NCBI RefSeq assembly: GCF_006345805.1
Contig: NW_021833290.1
Location: forward strand, 12,763-76,762
Origin: Octopus sinensis
Lineage: Eukaryota
DNA: 64,000 bases
Reading direction: 5' to 3'
Shown: piece by piece, positions 1 to 13,050 of the stretch
How positions within the stretch are numbered: the first letter of the stretch is position 1
Layout of the letters: the number at the start of each line of letters is the position of its first letter
Translations under genes and position numbers: made by a program
The notes under the pieces: model-generated
What the model saw: only the letters and a program-made list of their open reading frames with translations
Told to the model about the DNA's origin: nothing
Databases searched by the model: none

Positions 1-2935
1 GATGATAGCTAAGCCAAAGTCGTTACATGCTTGCTCAAAACAGTCAATGAACCTTTGGAGGGCTTCTTCTGTGTGTGATACCAGAGCGGCATCATCAGCA
101 AATAGCATCTCCTTGATCAGGACGTTTCTGATTTTGGTCTTGGCACACAGGCGCGAGAGATTGAACAGTTTCCTGTCACTTCTACTGTGCAGAAACACTC
201 CATCATCTGATGTCTGAAAGGCTTGTGAGAGTAAGAGCGAGAAGAAGATGCCCAAAAATGTAGGAGCGAGGACACAACCTTGCTTTACCCCGTTTTTTAT
301 TTGGAAGGCGGCTGATGTTGAACCGTTGTGCTGTATGGTGCCTTGCATGTCATTATGGAAAGACTTGATGATCCTCAGCAGCTTTGGTGGACATCCGATT
401 TTTTGGAGCAGGATTAAGAGGCCTGTTCTGCTTACCGAGTCAAAAGCCTTTGTTAGATCAATGAAGGCCATATATAATGGCATTTTCTGCTCTCTGGACT
501 TCTCCTGAAGTTGGCGTACGGAGAATATCATATTGATAGTTGATCTGCTTCTTCTAAAGCCACACTGCGATTCCGGATAGATCGAGAAGCAAGTAGTTGT
601 AGCCTTGCCAGGATAACGCGGGCAAAGGTCTTTCTAACAGTGCTTAGAAGAGATATACCACGGTAATTGTTACAATCACCACGGTCACCTTTGTTTTTGT
701 AAAGCGTAATGGTGTTAGCATCCCGCATATCCTGAGGGACTGTACCCTCTTCCCAGCACTGACACAGAAGCTCATGAAGATGCCGAAGCAGGATGGGGTT
801 TTTACCGGCTTTGATGATATCTGAGGGGGTGCCGTCTTTTCCCGGAGACTTAGTTCTTGCTAGGGAGTTAACAGCCTTGGTGAGCTCTGCTATAGATGGC
901 GGACTGTCAAGTTCGCACATGACTGGCAAGATCTTGAGACTCTCGACTGCAGCCTCAGCCACTGTAGTCTCCCGTGAGTAGAGATCCTGGTAGTGCTCCA
1001 CCCATCTATCCATTTGCTTGCCTTGATCCCTGATGAGATCTCCAGAGGGGCTGACTTGGTTGCGGATGGACCGAGGGCCTTCTTCAAACCGGTATACATC
1101 CCACAGGTGTCGCCACTGTCAGCAGCTGACTGGATACTCTGACAGATTTCCTGCCAATACGTCTGGCTGTCAGTTGGGTTTTATTTCGTGTCTTTCTGAG
1201 TTCTTCGAGGGACTTTGTAGAAGAATCACTCTTGTATTGCATCAGAGCTGCACGCTTTGCTTTGATAACTGGTTCCAGCTCTGAGAGCCCAGCATTGAAC
1301 CAATCTGGGTTTTGCCTTTCTCTCATGCCGAAAGTATCTATTGATGTCGTATACAAAGCTTCCCTGATATAGTTCCACCTACTTTCAGCAGAGGAGGTTG
1401 GGCAGCTACTGAGGGCAACTTTGATAGAAGCAGCAAAACATTTTCGCAGTGTAGGTTCCGAGGTTCTGGCAGTGTTAATGCGTGGTCGGCCCACTTCCTT
1501 GAAGCGATGGACTTTTTTAGGCAGAATCCTCACCCTACTTCTAATTAGTGAGTGGTCTGTGTCACAATCCGCGCTGTGGTAACTGCGGGTCAATAGAGTA
1601 GAATTCAGAAAGGATCTCCGTGTAATGATGAGATCCAGCTGATGCCAGTGGTGAGATCTTGGATGTCTCCAAGATGCCTTGTGGGAAGGCTTGTTGGTAA
1701 AGAATGTGTTTGTGATGCACAGGTTGTGGTATGTACAGAATACGAGTAGTCTCTGACCATTGTCATTCATGTTGCCAATACCAAAGTGTCCAACACAAAT
1801 GGGCCACGAATCATGGTCAGATCCCACGCGAGCGTTAAAATCCCCCAGAAGGTAGATATTTTCAGTCGTTGGTATATTTTCTATGACACAGTTGGGATCT
1901 TTGTAGAACTGGTACTTGGTCTCCTCTGAGCTGTAGAAAGTGGGAGCAGAGATGCTGAGTAGATGTACTGAGCCAGAAGAAGTCGAGAGGCGCAGTGAGG
2001 GGATACGCTCAGTGCCTCCTGATGGTGGTTCTATTGAGGAGAGTAATGAGTTTCTCACTGCAAAGCTAACGCCATGCTGACGAGGTTCTTCTGGATCGCT
2101 TCCTGCCAAAAGGAGGTGAAATCCTGCTCTTTGAGTTTGCCGTTTGAGGGGAGACTTGTCTCCTGCAGCCAGCAATATCTATGTTGATCCTCTTTAGTTC
2201 ACGGTCAATGATGGCCGTTTTCCTTGTGTCTTCAACCCTGAGTAGATCATCAGATATTCCAGGGCACATGGTCCTCACATTCCAGCTTGCCAACCGCACA
2301 ACTGGTGTTTTCTTGACTTTTAGTTGTTTGCCTGGTGCAGAGGTTGCAGGCCGCTTTTCAAGTCATACTCTTAGCTTCAAGCACCCAATGAAGCAGGCGA
2401 CCTGTGGCGAGTCAGCACCTTATTGACTGGGGGCTGCCCAGCTTGAGGTGGGCAGTAGCTAACCAATAGGACACGAAGGTCCCTCCCACCGTCAGAGGTA
2501 ACCCGTAGCGCCCATATTTTACGCCAGTCTGAATAGATTTATCACTCGTGACCGTTACCTCCTGTGTTGTTTCTGCAGCTTTTTACAGCAGCACTGAAGT
2601 GTCCTCTCCAGGTTTGCGCAGGTCTGGGCTATAGATAAGAAAGTCCTGAGTAACCCAATCGTCAGGTTTCCTCTCTCGACCTTGCTGATGTAGTCCAAAG
2701 GAGTGCAGTGCATTACGTTTGGCACCAGCTTGGTTGCAGGAGCTGCCGGAAGAGTGTCGAGTCGAACACTAGACCGCCTTCGGGGCTCCACTCCGGATTT
2801 CTTTGAAGGTTGTTTCCGTTCCGTAACCCTTGATAGGGGCCCATACCGGGTACTGTCAGCCGGAGCCAGCTGAGCCCGGAACTCGTGTCAGGCAGGGTCG
2901 TCACTCCCTGAAGTAGTGAAGAAGTTCGCTACCCA
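1..2935 (-). mobile_element. RTE-clade LINE (BovB-like): 5' UTR, APE endonuclease and RT, frameshifted, running off the left edge
   Basis: Minus-strand ORF pieces: LASWNVRTM, LLGDFNARVG, WRHPRSHHWHQLDLI, DTDHSL, CWEEGTVPQDMRDA, CNNYRGISLLS, and LFADDAAL near position 100. Confidence 0.95.
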
Positions 2936-3006
2936 CTACCTTTTCAAGTAATGTTAAATTATTGTTAGATTATATATATATATGGGTATGTATGTGTATG
3001 TATATA

Positions 3007-3043
<37 letters not shown>

Positions 3044-3255
3044 TTCTCTCTTTATCTTTATATGGGTTTGTTTGTCCTTTGTATAATAAAACATTGATAA
3101 ACACTTAAGAATTTCGTCGAAGGTACGAATTAGTATATTGTGGGTCACAAGTAAAACACTGTTGATCATGGTGACGTATAATACGTGCGATAAAATCGAA
3201 TGTTTGGAACAAAACAAAATAAATTTGAATAAATGTGTTAGAAGCTTTTGCTTAC

Positions 3256-3308
3256 CCAGGATATTCAACTCGGAATTTTCCAGTCACGGTTAAAACCTCA
3301 TGCTCCAT
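3256..3308 (-). CDS. Exon, SEA-like region, duplicate copy (MEHEVLTVTGKFRVEYPG), phase 0-2
   Basis: cttttgcag acceptor and gtaag donor; 53 nt; paralogous to 15766-15818. Confidence 0.8.
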
Positions 3309-3647
3309 CTGCAAAAGCCAGATGTGTATATATATATATATATGCATACATTAAATTCAAGAAACAAAGTTTGATTTAAAAGCGTTGAGAAGTATAAAAA
3401 GATACAGATAAGGAAATAATTTTACATATGTATGTATTTGTGTTTAAGCTGATCAGGCTAACAAAATCGATATCACTATCTACGAAACGTATTGAGCTCA
3501 CTCACTATTTAAATTGACGTTTTGCATTTCTTGTATAAAATATGCATGTGTGTGTGTGTGTGTGTGTGTGAATGTATGCATGTGTGCGCGTGTTCAGCGC
3601 GTGTGTGTGTGTGTGTTCGGAGAAAGAGAGGGCAGATATCTACTCAC

Positions 3648-3730
3648 GGCTCTTGATATGTTCTCAGCAGGTTTTTTATATTCGTTGAAAGATTTTAAAA
3701 TCAAACGAAATGCGAAGGATTTGGTCCAGC
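3648..3730 (-). CDS. Exon, SEA-like region, duplicate copy (G-WTKSFAFRLILKSFNEYKKPAENISRA), phase 1-0
   Basis: ccatag acceptor and gtgagt donor; 83 nt open frame; phase fits both neighbours; paralogous to 16808-16889. Confidence 0.8.
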
Positions 3731-3967
3731 CTATGGATTGATATAGAAAATAATTGCTGTATTTATAAATGAGACACACGTCATAGATGCACATAAAACC
3801 CACATACGTAGATAAAAATATACATTCATAATCACATATACACTTAAAAATACTATAAATAAATATATATATATACGAACATACAGACTCACATTAATAC
3901 ATCTGCATCTACATGTATAAACACATATATAAATGCATGTTTGTACACATACACAGTTCCATGTACT

Positions 3968-4000
<33 letters not shown>

Positions 4001-4125
4001 TATGTGTGTGTGTATATATATATATATATGTATAAAATATTATTAGAGACAAAACCACTATTTTGCAAAACAAACAAGAAAGACTTAATCAATACATAAA
4101 TTTTAATAAATAGTAAAAAAAACCG

Positions 4126-4168
4126 CCACTACAATTGTTTCTTGTCTTGATCGACAATCTTCAGGTGG
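4126..4168 (-). ncRNA. Minimal type I hammerhead ribozyme motif in a Penelope-like terminal repeat (~4045-4200)
   Basis: CCAC-CTGAAGA-TTGTC(gatcaa)GACAA-GAAA-CAATTG-TA-GTGG: full core, stems I and II paired, palindromic stem III. Confidence 0.8.
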
Positions 4169-4609
4169 ACTTCCAATCTAAAATATCAATATTTTAAAAT
4201 ATAAAAATAATAATTTTAAAATAATTAAAGTATGAATGAAAAAATATAAATATATAATCCATATATAACCTATATATAATCCATATATAATCAATATATA
4301 ACAATATATAAACTAAAATAAACCTATCAACAATTAAATATAAAATATAAAATATAAAATATAAAATATAAAACAAAACAAAAAAATAATAATAATATAA
4401 TAATAAACTATATATACACCCATACACATATACCTAATTATATATAACCATATCTAACTACATACACTAAATCACACCCCCATATATATATCCCTATACA
4501 TACACATAAAAACGTCTAGGCAACTATAAATAAATAAAATAGCTAAATACTTCAACACAATACTTATTCATACTCCCACACACACACACATACAACCCAC
4601 ATTCACGCT

Positions 4610-5390
4610 CTAGAAAACGGACATCACTTAAAATTATGAACGGAGAAATGGAATAAATGGAATTAAAAATTATATTCACTTGGTAAAACGAACACTACTT
4701 AGAAATTATGAAATATATATGAACAATTTCAGTTAGAATGGTTGATTCTCTCAATTTCGATACCATATGACAAAGGCAAGAAATTCTGTCTTCTCTGCAA
4801 TTCTGAGCTATTTTTCATTATTTTTTCTAAAAATACTCTAGTAAGCACGGTTATAGAGCGAGCATACAGATGTAAGCATTGGCAGAAACGTACATTTAGT
4901 GCATATAAGTAGTCTCTATAATTATATATAATTTAAACTTTAATTTCCTTTATATTTAACATTCACTATGGGTATCCCTACTCTTTCTATTAGCTACTTA
5001 TGACGTTATACCATATAACGTTTTTTTTAACAATATTAATAGCGTGCTGTCTATCACTCTACAAATCCATCATTTTTTGCTAAAATGTCTTATTGACAAG
5101 TTTCGCTTTTTTCACCTTCCTGAAGAGAAGATTGCATTCTTTCATTTATTCTTTTGAATAGTAACAGTGGAATTGTCGAAACATGTGTCGAAAGTAAAAA
5201 TATTTGATTACACTTGCGTTAAACTCCATTTATTTATTCATATATTATTCAAAATATTCAACGTAAACACGAAGTTTCTACCTTTATAAACAAGGAGTTA
5301 CAACATCTTTACTTGCGAGATTTTTGCTACCCTGGTAACTATTTATTTATTTTTTCCGTGTTAATTGTTAACAAGGTAAAAATACACTCA
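4610..5390 (+). mobile_element. Degenerate Penelope-like element 3' end
   Basis: KGKKFCLLCNSE-like C-terminal motif near 4770, followed by a hammerhead-like CTGAAGA...GAAACATGTGTC at 5116-5194. Confidence 0.5.
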
Positions 5391-5529
5391 TCTATTTATA
5401 TATACATATATGCAAATCAGCCCACATTTGCATACATACGTAACATATATATATATATATAAGTTTATATTCATATGTACTTACATAAGTAAACATATAT
5501 ATATATAATATATATATAATATATATATA

Positions 5530-5578
<49 letters not shown>

Positions 5579-6021
5579 CATATAAATATACATTTAGAAA
5601 CATTTATTTGCATCTATGTGCACGTACACGTATCCAATATAGGATTTCATTATAGGGACAGCCCTTCTGTGAAACGATCGTAAAAAAGGTTTAAATATTT
5701 AATTCAAAACTTATAAACTGTCATATACATTATATATTTATACGTATACATATATACATATATTTTTATAAATATTTATATTTATTTATTTATATATTTT
5801 TAATACAACCATTTTTTTTCACACGTGTATATCTTTCAGAGAAGTTTTCTGATATTGAATTCTTAATATTAATAATAATATATTATTTAAAAATATATAT
5901 AATCGCTCGCATTAAATATATAAATACCTTAATAATATTAATACTTTGATACAATAGAGCACTCAATATATATTCAGTATATAATATTCTCATTGAATGT
6001 ATTTGACTAAAGATTCATATA

Positions 6022-6452
6022 TACTCTTTACTCTTTTTACTCTTTTATGTGTTTCAGTCATTTGACTGTTGCCATGCTGGAGCACCGCGTTTAGTCGAGC
6101 AAGTCGACCCCAGTACTTATTCTTTGTAAGCCTAGTATTTATTCTATCGGTCTCTTTTGCCGAACCGCTAAGTTACAGGGTCGTAAACACACCAGCATCG
6201 GTTGTCAAGCGATGTTGGAGGGGGGATAAAAACAGACACAAACATATACACACATGCACACACATAGATATATATACATATACATATATACGACAGGCTT
6301 CTTTCAGTTTCCGTCTACCAAATCCACTCACAAGGCTTTGGTCGGCCTGAGGTTATAGCAGAAGACACTTGCCCAAGGTACCACGCAGTGGGACTGAACC
6401 CGGGACCATATGGTTCGTAAGCAATCTACTTACCACACACCCACTACTACGC
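6022..6452 (-). mobile_element. tRNA-derived SINE (family 1), near full length
   Basis: A/B-box head (GTGTGTGG..GGTTCAGTCCC), accttgggcaagtgtcttc core, internal microsatellite, AAAGAGT-type tail. Confidence 0.85.
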
Positions 6453-6527
<75 letters not shown>

Positions 6528-6832
6528 ACATATATACATATATACATGCAACCATGCCGTCACTTGCATACATATGTATTAGAATATGATTGTTCCTTTC
6601 CAGCAACACAAAACCATCCAATGGCCATTTTTATGGGTTTCGAAACAAAAAGCCTACAGTTACAAGGAAAATGACAATAATAAAAGCACAGTAAAATAGA
6701 ACGCAAGAGAAATATCTAAAACGGTTTTTATTAATTTGATTACCCTGTGTACGAGGGATACAATGTGTGCAAGAAAGAGGGATATTATCGTTTGGAAGGA
6801 GAATCGCTTTCAATTGAAATTTCAGGAAGAAC

Positions 6833-7116
6833 CTGCGTGGTACCTTGGGCAAGTGTCTTCTACTATAGCCTCGGACCGACCAAAACCTTGTGAGTGGATT
6901 TGGTAGACGGAAACTGAAAGAAGCCTGTCGTATATATGTATATGTATATATATCTATGTGTGTGTATGTGTGTATATGTTTGTGCCTGTTTTTGTTTCCC
7001 CCCCTCCAACATCGCTTGACAACCGATGCTGGTGTGTTTACGACCATGTACATTAGCGGTTCGGCAATAGAGACCGATAGAATAAATACTAGGCTTACAA
7101 AGAATAAGTACTGGGG
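6833..7116 (+). mobile_element. Partial family-1 SINE, inverted relative to 6108-6388
   Basis: Near-identical reverse complement of 6108-6388, including the microsatellite segment. Confidence 0.85.
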
Positions 7117-7399
7117 CCTTTTCTCTGTCGCGTCGCTTAATTTAGGCTTTTTGGACACAGTTTCTGCACTTTTCACACTTTCAGGCCTTTTCATTAGAAA
7201 TTTAGCAAGAGAAGTCTGCTTTTACCTGCCTTTTTATTTAGTCTTTAGTAGTTTTTCTGTGCCACATTGTAAATACTCGGCTAAGCTTTTTTTTCCATCT
7301 CTATACGTTCTTCTACTGCTATTGAGCATCTCCCAGTCTGGTCTTTCCTTAATTACAGTCGGTTGATATCTGCTTTCGGATGTTGAGCTCCACATATTT

Positions 7400-7990
7400 T
7401 CAGCAACTTATTAGTTTTTGTCAAATTTATTTATTTTGATTATTATTTCTCTTTATCACAGGTTTTGTAGGAGTTCCTTGAGGCTTGCATTGTGGGAGTT
7501 CCTGGACACTTGCTCATTCTAATGTCGACCCTCCAGTTTGTGGCCAAAGCTTACTCTTGCGCTGCCAATATAGTGTTCTCGGTCTCTTTCTTTAGAATTC
7601 CTTTCATCAGCCAATCCCACCTATTTTTTGTTATATGGAGATTCATTGTGTTCTCCCTTCTTGCGCCATTCTTCTTCATTTCTTTTTGTGTTTCTTCCTT
7701 CGGTTTTCCTGCTTTCAATACTCCCTCATTCCTAACTGTCACTAACAAGGTTTCCTTACTTTGGGTTCGGTATCTCATTAAGACTTCGAGTTCGAAACGC
7801 ACGCAGTTTCCCACACTTATCAGTCCCTTTTTTCCATTCGCTCTCTTCGTGTATCGGCGATCGAGGTCTGCATGTGGATGATGGGCTCCATACATCGTTA
7901 GGACCTTTCTTGACTTCCTGTCCATCTCCTTTAGCTTCTCTGTCCAATTCAGTTTTCCAGCTTTCAAACCAATATTTTGTTCACTCACCA
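7400..7990 (-). mobile_element. R4/Dong-type non-LTR retrotransposon fragment
   Basis: DRKSRKVLTMYGAHHPHADLDRRY..KKGLISV; WDWLMKGILKKETENTILAAQE. Confidence 0.8.
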
Positions 7991-8175
7991 AAAGTGCTCT
8001 CTTTTTCTCTTTTCCTTCATGTCGTGGTGTTTGATTCCATCTGTGTGTGTGTGTTGGAGAGAGAGAGAGTGTGTGTTTGTTGGGGGGGGGGGGAGAGCAT
8101 TGTAAGCGATGAATGAAATGAACATGAAATGAAAAAATCGTGTAAATGAAAGGACATAATAAACGGAATAATATA

Positions 8176-8388
8176 GGTTTCAAATATTGGTACGTGACCA
8201 GCAGATTTGGTGTAGGGGTTAAGTTGATTACATTGACCCAGAGCTCAACTTGCGCTTATTTTATCGACACAGAAATTATGAAAAGCAAAGTCAATCTTGG
8301 CGGAATTTGAACTCAGAACGTAAAGACAGACGAAGTACTGCAAAGCATTTCTCCCGCTCTGCTAACGATTCTGCCAGCTTTCCGCCTA
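8176..8388 (-). mobile_element. tRNA-derived SINE (family 2)
   Basis: ggcggaatttgaactcagaacgtaaagac...gctaacgattctgccagct; recurs at about 9985, 10209, 23495, 27470 and 56095. Confidence 0.8.
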
Positions 8389-9053
8389 ATTTAAGGATTA
8401 ATAGTGATAAGTTTTCATAATGGTCTAATGAGAAATTGAAATCATCACATCACTAAATGCATATGAAAATCTATTCAATTTGACAGTGCCATAATAACAT
8501 TTGAGAGAAGTAAATTGCTTATATTCTATGACAAACAGATATGTAGGGTATGTCATTGAATATTTGAAGATTCTACAACCACCGCTCCAACGTAATGTAT
8601 GCAAAGTGGTATGTACCAGTAATATCCCTGTTGTTTTTCTGCTTCTCTATCTACTCAGCCTGTCTGCAGAATGTTTACGAAAACGTGGTTTTAACGATAT
8701 TACAATAATGAACTCAACCCTCCAAAGTAATAAATTTTTTAATAACGTTTCCATAAATGAGTCAAATGATTTGCCGTTGAACGAGATGGACACATTCCTG
8801 GAGGACTCAAACGGGAGAATAGGTTGCATTACCTTTTGATAAATCATTTTAATTACAAACACACACACACACACACACAGGACAGTCATAATGGAACAGA
8901 CATAGAAAGACATACACATACACACTCACCACCCCCACCCCCACCAGAGTGGTCGTATTTAAACAGACAGAAAGTCACTCACAAAAATTACTTCTTCTCA
9001 TCCTGCTACTTCTACTACTGTAAAAGTCATTTAAAAATAATTTGCTCGCTCAC

Positions 9054-9196
9054 CATCATCAATGCCTTTGCTCTGTTCTGCACTGTAACATTGAGACATG
9101 TCTGGTTCTTGCCAGATACCAGTAAACGGTGAACACTTTTGTGATGACAGGTTTTGACTTGATGCCATTTCTGGATGCCCCATCGTTCTGGAAGAA
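9054..9196 (-). CDS. Exon, second half of HRM domain (C-SSRTMGHPEMASSQNLSSQKCSPFTGIWQEPDMSQCYSAEQSKGIDD), phase 2-1
   Basis: ttttttcag acceptor and gtgagc donor; 143 nt open; W.EPD..C motif; phase matches 10609-10723. Confidence 0.88.
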
Positions 9197-9984
9197 CTGA
9201 AAAAATAAATGTTAAATATTGTCAGTCGAGTTTATTCATTCTGAGGAGAATTTCATCAATCTCAGAGGAATATAAGAAACCTTCGAACTGGTCGTGATTT
9301 GAACTCATAATTTAGTGAAAGAAGGATAAATGGTGTCTTGCATTTGGGGGAGAAATCTATTATTTACTCCTGACCCCTATCCTCAAAACTAATGTCAAAT
9401 ATTTTCTAACTAGAGTTCAGATATAAAAACAATATTCCTGCATCTGTTTTTATTTACAATAATTTCTTGTTTTTATGATTATTCAATACAAGATTAGTTG
9501 GAACGGTGTAGGTGATGCAGCATTAAGGAGCCAAGTTGTTAGTTCAAGTTGAATGGGGGAATTAGTTGCTAATATTTCGCCACCATAGACATCAGTAGCA
9601 ACAGCGGCAGCAATGGATTTATGTATATTTTCCTACATATGCACAGATTTGAGTGATTCCACCAGTTGGTCTTGTCTTAAAACTAATAAAGCTCAGCCTC
9701 TGGGAGGATCAAGTTAGATGCTTAACCTGTGGAATGACGTGGTAGAAATGAGAGAAGAGAGACCGTATTACATAGTCTGTAATGAGTGAAATCCCAGGAT
9801 GACCATCATGTACTAGCAAGATATATAGCTCTACAGTAATCATAAAATTGAATAAATAGTATTAGCCTGAATCCAACAGAATCACTGATAGATTCTATTG
9901 GCTGTATCTAGGTATGTGCTTTCTTTGCTACAATTATTTTGTGAAATTCTGGAACTTACAAGAATCTTTAAATCTTTGAATAAT

Positions 9985-10370
9985 GCTGATTTCAAATTTT
10001 GCCACAGGGTCAGATATTTTGGGTGGGGATAGTTCGATAACATAGACCCCAGCTTACTTATTTTATCGATCCCGAAAGGGTAAAAGATAAAGTTTACCCT
10101 GGTAGCATTTGATCTCAGAATGTAAAGTCAGAGGAAATGCTGCTAAGCATTTTGTCCGGCATGGAAACGATTCCGCCAGGTCAGCACCATAAAGCCTTGT
10201 CTAATATTGGTTTCAAATTTTGGCACAAGGCCAGCAATTTCAGGGGAAGGGATAAGTCGTTTACACCAAACCCAGTGCTCAATTGGTATTTATTTCATCG
10301 AATCGAAAAAATTAAAGGCAAAGTCGACCTTGGCGGAATTTGAACTCAGAACATAAAAACGAATGAAATG
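9985..10370 (-). mobile_element. Two tandem family-2 SINE copies
   Basis: Two tttcaaattttg(g/c)caca..gaactcagaa units in head-to-tail order. Confidence 0.75.
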
Positions 10371-10608
10371 AAAGCTTTGTATAATATTGGCGACAAAGCA
10401 AACGTAGATAGTTAGGACAAGGCTAAATTATATCAAATAATGTATAAAATGTAAAAATGCTGGGACAAGAGATTGCAACCGATAGACGTTTAATTCTATC
10501 TTGTTAATCTATAAAGCTGTTATTTGCTCTACCAAGTAACATTCTCTCACAATAGGATGGCGCTGAAAACTTCAAACTTTGAGTAGAAATAAATCAATAC
10601 AAACGAAC

Positions 10609-10723
10609 CAATGCCTGGTGGCTACATTTCTATGACATGGGATCTCAGCAGTAGTTCCTATTTTTGTCATTGGCCAAGAGAAAGCTCGATTGTTAGTTGA
10701 TGTTGTGCTTTCATCACAAACCA
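10609..10723 (-). CDS. Exon, first half of hormone-receptor (HRM) domain (VCDESTTSTNNRAFSWPMTKIGTTAEIPCHRNVATRHC), phase 1-2
   Basis: ctttttcag acceptor and gttcgt donor; C..WPxTxxGxxAxxPC..ATRxC is the HRM signature of adhesion/secretin GPCRs. Confidence 0.88.
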
Positions 10724-12126
10724 CTGAAAAAGAAGCAAAATATGGACATGAAAGAAGCCAGTAGTAGTAGTAGTTGTAGTAGTAGTAGTAGTAGTAGCAG
10801 CAGCAGCAGTTAATGTTGGAAATAAATTGTTTGGACCACCTGCTGGCTGATATGAGGACAATTATACACGAAGTGTTGCAAACATACACGGAGAGCATAT
10901 ATATTTATTCAAAATAGACAGATTTCTAGTTTTTCATTTAGTAGTTTGTAAAGAGATAAATGATTTAGAAATGAATTACAATCCCTTACAACACAAGGAC
11001 CCAACCAGGCTCCATGCAATTCTTGGAAGTGTAGTCTATTCTTAACTAAAATGGCGACAATATGATTTTCTCCATATTCTTGCTCTGTTAAAATATTTGA
11101 GAAAAATTACATTAAAGTGTCCTACTTATTAAAATTCTAATTCATTATTTATGCAGCTGAAGATGGCATTGCATTTAAATTGATGTAATTTTTGTATTGT
11201 TCAATTAAATTTAGCCGATTGAAACTGCATAACTACTTGATATCCTGTAGATTATATATATATATATTCTTATATATATTTTTTCTTATATATTCTTAAA
11301 AAACAATAAATAAAATAAATAGAGGTGTGTGCATATGTATATATATATATTTTATATTTTTTCGAGCATATATAACTGGTTACGGGATATGACTACTCAG
11401 AATGCTAGTCTGTTTCGCGGCCTCTAGTGTTGAATTTCGTCAATATATTGATCACTCTTTAGACATACTGACCGGAAGCGCAAAACCTAATGTACGCTAG
11501 AAATGGGTAGATGTTATATTGATTTGGCGATGGTAAAATGAAATGAATGGAAACGAAGTGAAAATATATCCTTTTTCGGCAATGGGATATGATTTGTTCC
11601 TCTCTTATATCTCTTAGACATTGTTTAAAGCGTATGAGCTGTGTGTGTATCTATCGTTTCTTATTCAAAAATTAATATGATCACTTCAAACAAAATGAAA
11701 TTCCGCCGAGGAAAAATATTTGCAGCATTGAATAATTTTCCTGAGTGAATTAAAGAAAGTACTGGAATTGTTTGAATTATTCTGCCCAGTAGAGTCTGCA
11801 TCTTCTACTTCTATACAAAATTAGAAGAAAACATTTTTGCCCTCGGTTAATTGGTATAATTAAAAAGAAACTGAGCAAAGACAAACAGTTCCGTAGGGAC
11901 AAGAAACGGAAAAGCGCAAAATAAAATGCTTTTTTTTAAAATTATCCAAGCTTTGAGAAAATGTAAATAAATAGTTGTGTGTGAGAGAGAGAGAGAGGGA
12001 GAGAGTCTGTGTGCTTGGTATCATCTACTGTGGTTGATGATGACGACAACGACGAAGAGGTTGGTGATTGATGAAGCTAATTATGACGGTAATGATGATT
12101 AAATTAATAAGAAACACGATACTTAC

Positions 12127-12281
12127 TTTCATCAATGAATTTCATGTGGCTTTTCTTAACTCCTAAGTTAAGCAATTCCTGGGAATTGTTCAAAACTTGG
12201 GAGATATTGCGCCGCAGTTGACTTTCAGTCATTTCGCTAAATACTGTACAGTAAATAGCAAATATTTTATTTCTGTTTGAG
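12127..12281 (-). CDS. Exon, SEA-like region (SNRNKIFAIYCTVFSEMTESQLRRNISQVLNNSQELLNLGVKKSHMKFIDE), phase 2-1
   Basis: tttatttcag acceptor and gtaagt donor; 155 nt open; phases match both neighbours. The SEA assignment is tentative. Confidence 0.85.
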
Positions 12282-12384
12282 CTGAAATAAAAAATAAATA
12301 CATACATGTATGTCGGTATGTATGTATGTATGTAGCTAGCTAGCTAGCTAGAAATATAATACATACTATATAGATATATATATA

Positions 12385-12431
<47 letters not shown>

Positions 12432-12432
12432 A

Positions 12433-12477
<45 letters not shown>

Positions 12478-12488
<11 letters not shown>

Positions 12489-13050
12489 ATTCGAGACAAA
12501 ACCACTATTTTAAAACCAAACAAGGAAAGACTTAATCAATACATAAAATTTTAATATAAATTAAATAAACCGCCACTACAAATGTTTCATGTCTGCTCCG
12601 ACAATCTTCAGGTGGATTTTCGATCTAAAAATAGCAATATTTTAAAATATAATTTAAAATAATTTAAATTAATAAAACAATAAAATTATCAATGAAAGAA
12701 TGTAAAAAAATAAAAATATAATCTATATATAATCTATATATAATCTATATATAATCAATATATAATCTAAAATAATCTAAAATAAACCCTATAAACAATT
12801 GAATATAAAAACCTATTATAAAAGTTCTCATATTTAAAAATGTACAAAAACCAAAACCACAGACATGAAACATTTGTAGTGGCGGTTTATTTAATTTATA
12901 TTAAAATTTTATGTATTGATTAAGTCTTTCCTTGTTTGGTTTTAAAATAGTGGTTTTGTCTCGAATTATATTATATAATATTTTACTATAAATTGGATTT
13001 AACCCTAAATCTGATTTTTCCCTATTTTGGATTCATTCCCTAATATTATT
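12478..13050. mobile_element. Penelope-like terminal repeat in an inverted arrangement (arms ~12478-12595 and 12860-12977), with a hammerhead motif at 12573-12615 (-)
   Basis: The arms are reverse complements; same family as 4045-4200; CCAC-CTGAAGA-t-TGTC(ggagca)GACA-t-GAAA-CATTTG-TA-GTGG. Confidence 0.7.

Noticed and set aside
6375-6452. tRNA genes at SINE heads (also near 23495)
   Set aside because: A/B boxes only, no complete cloverleaf, and contiguous with SINE bodies.
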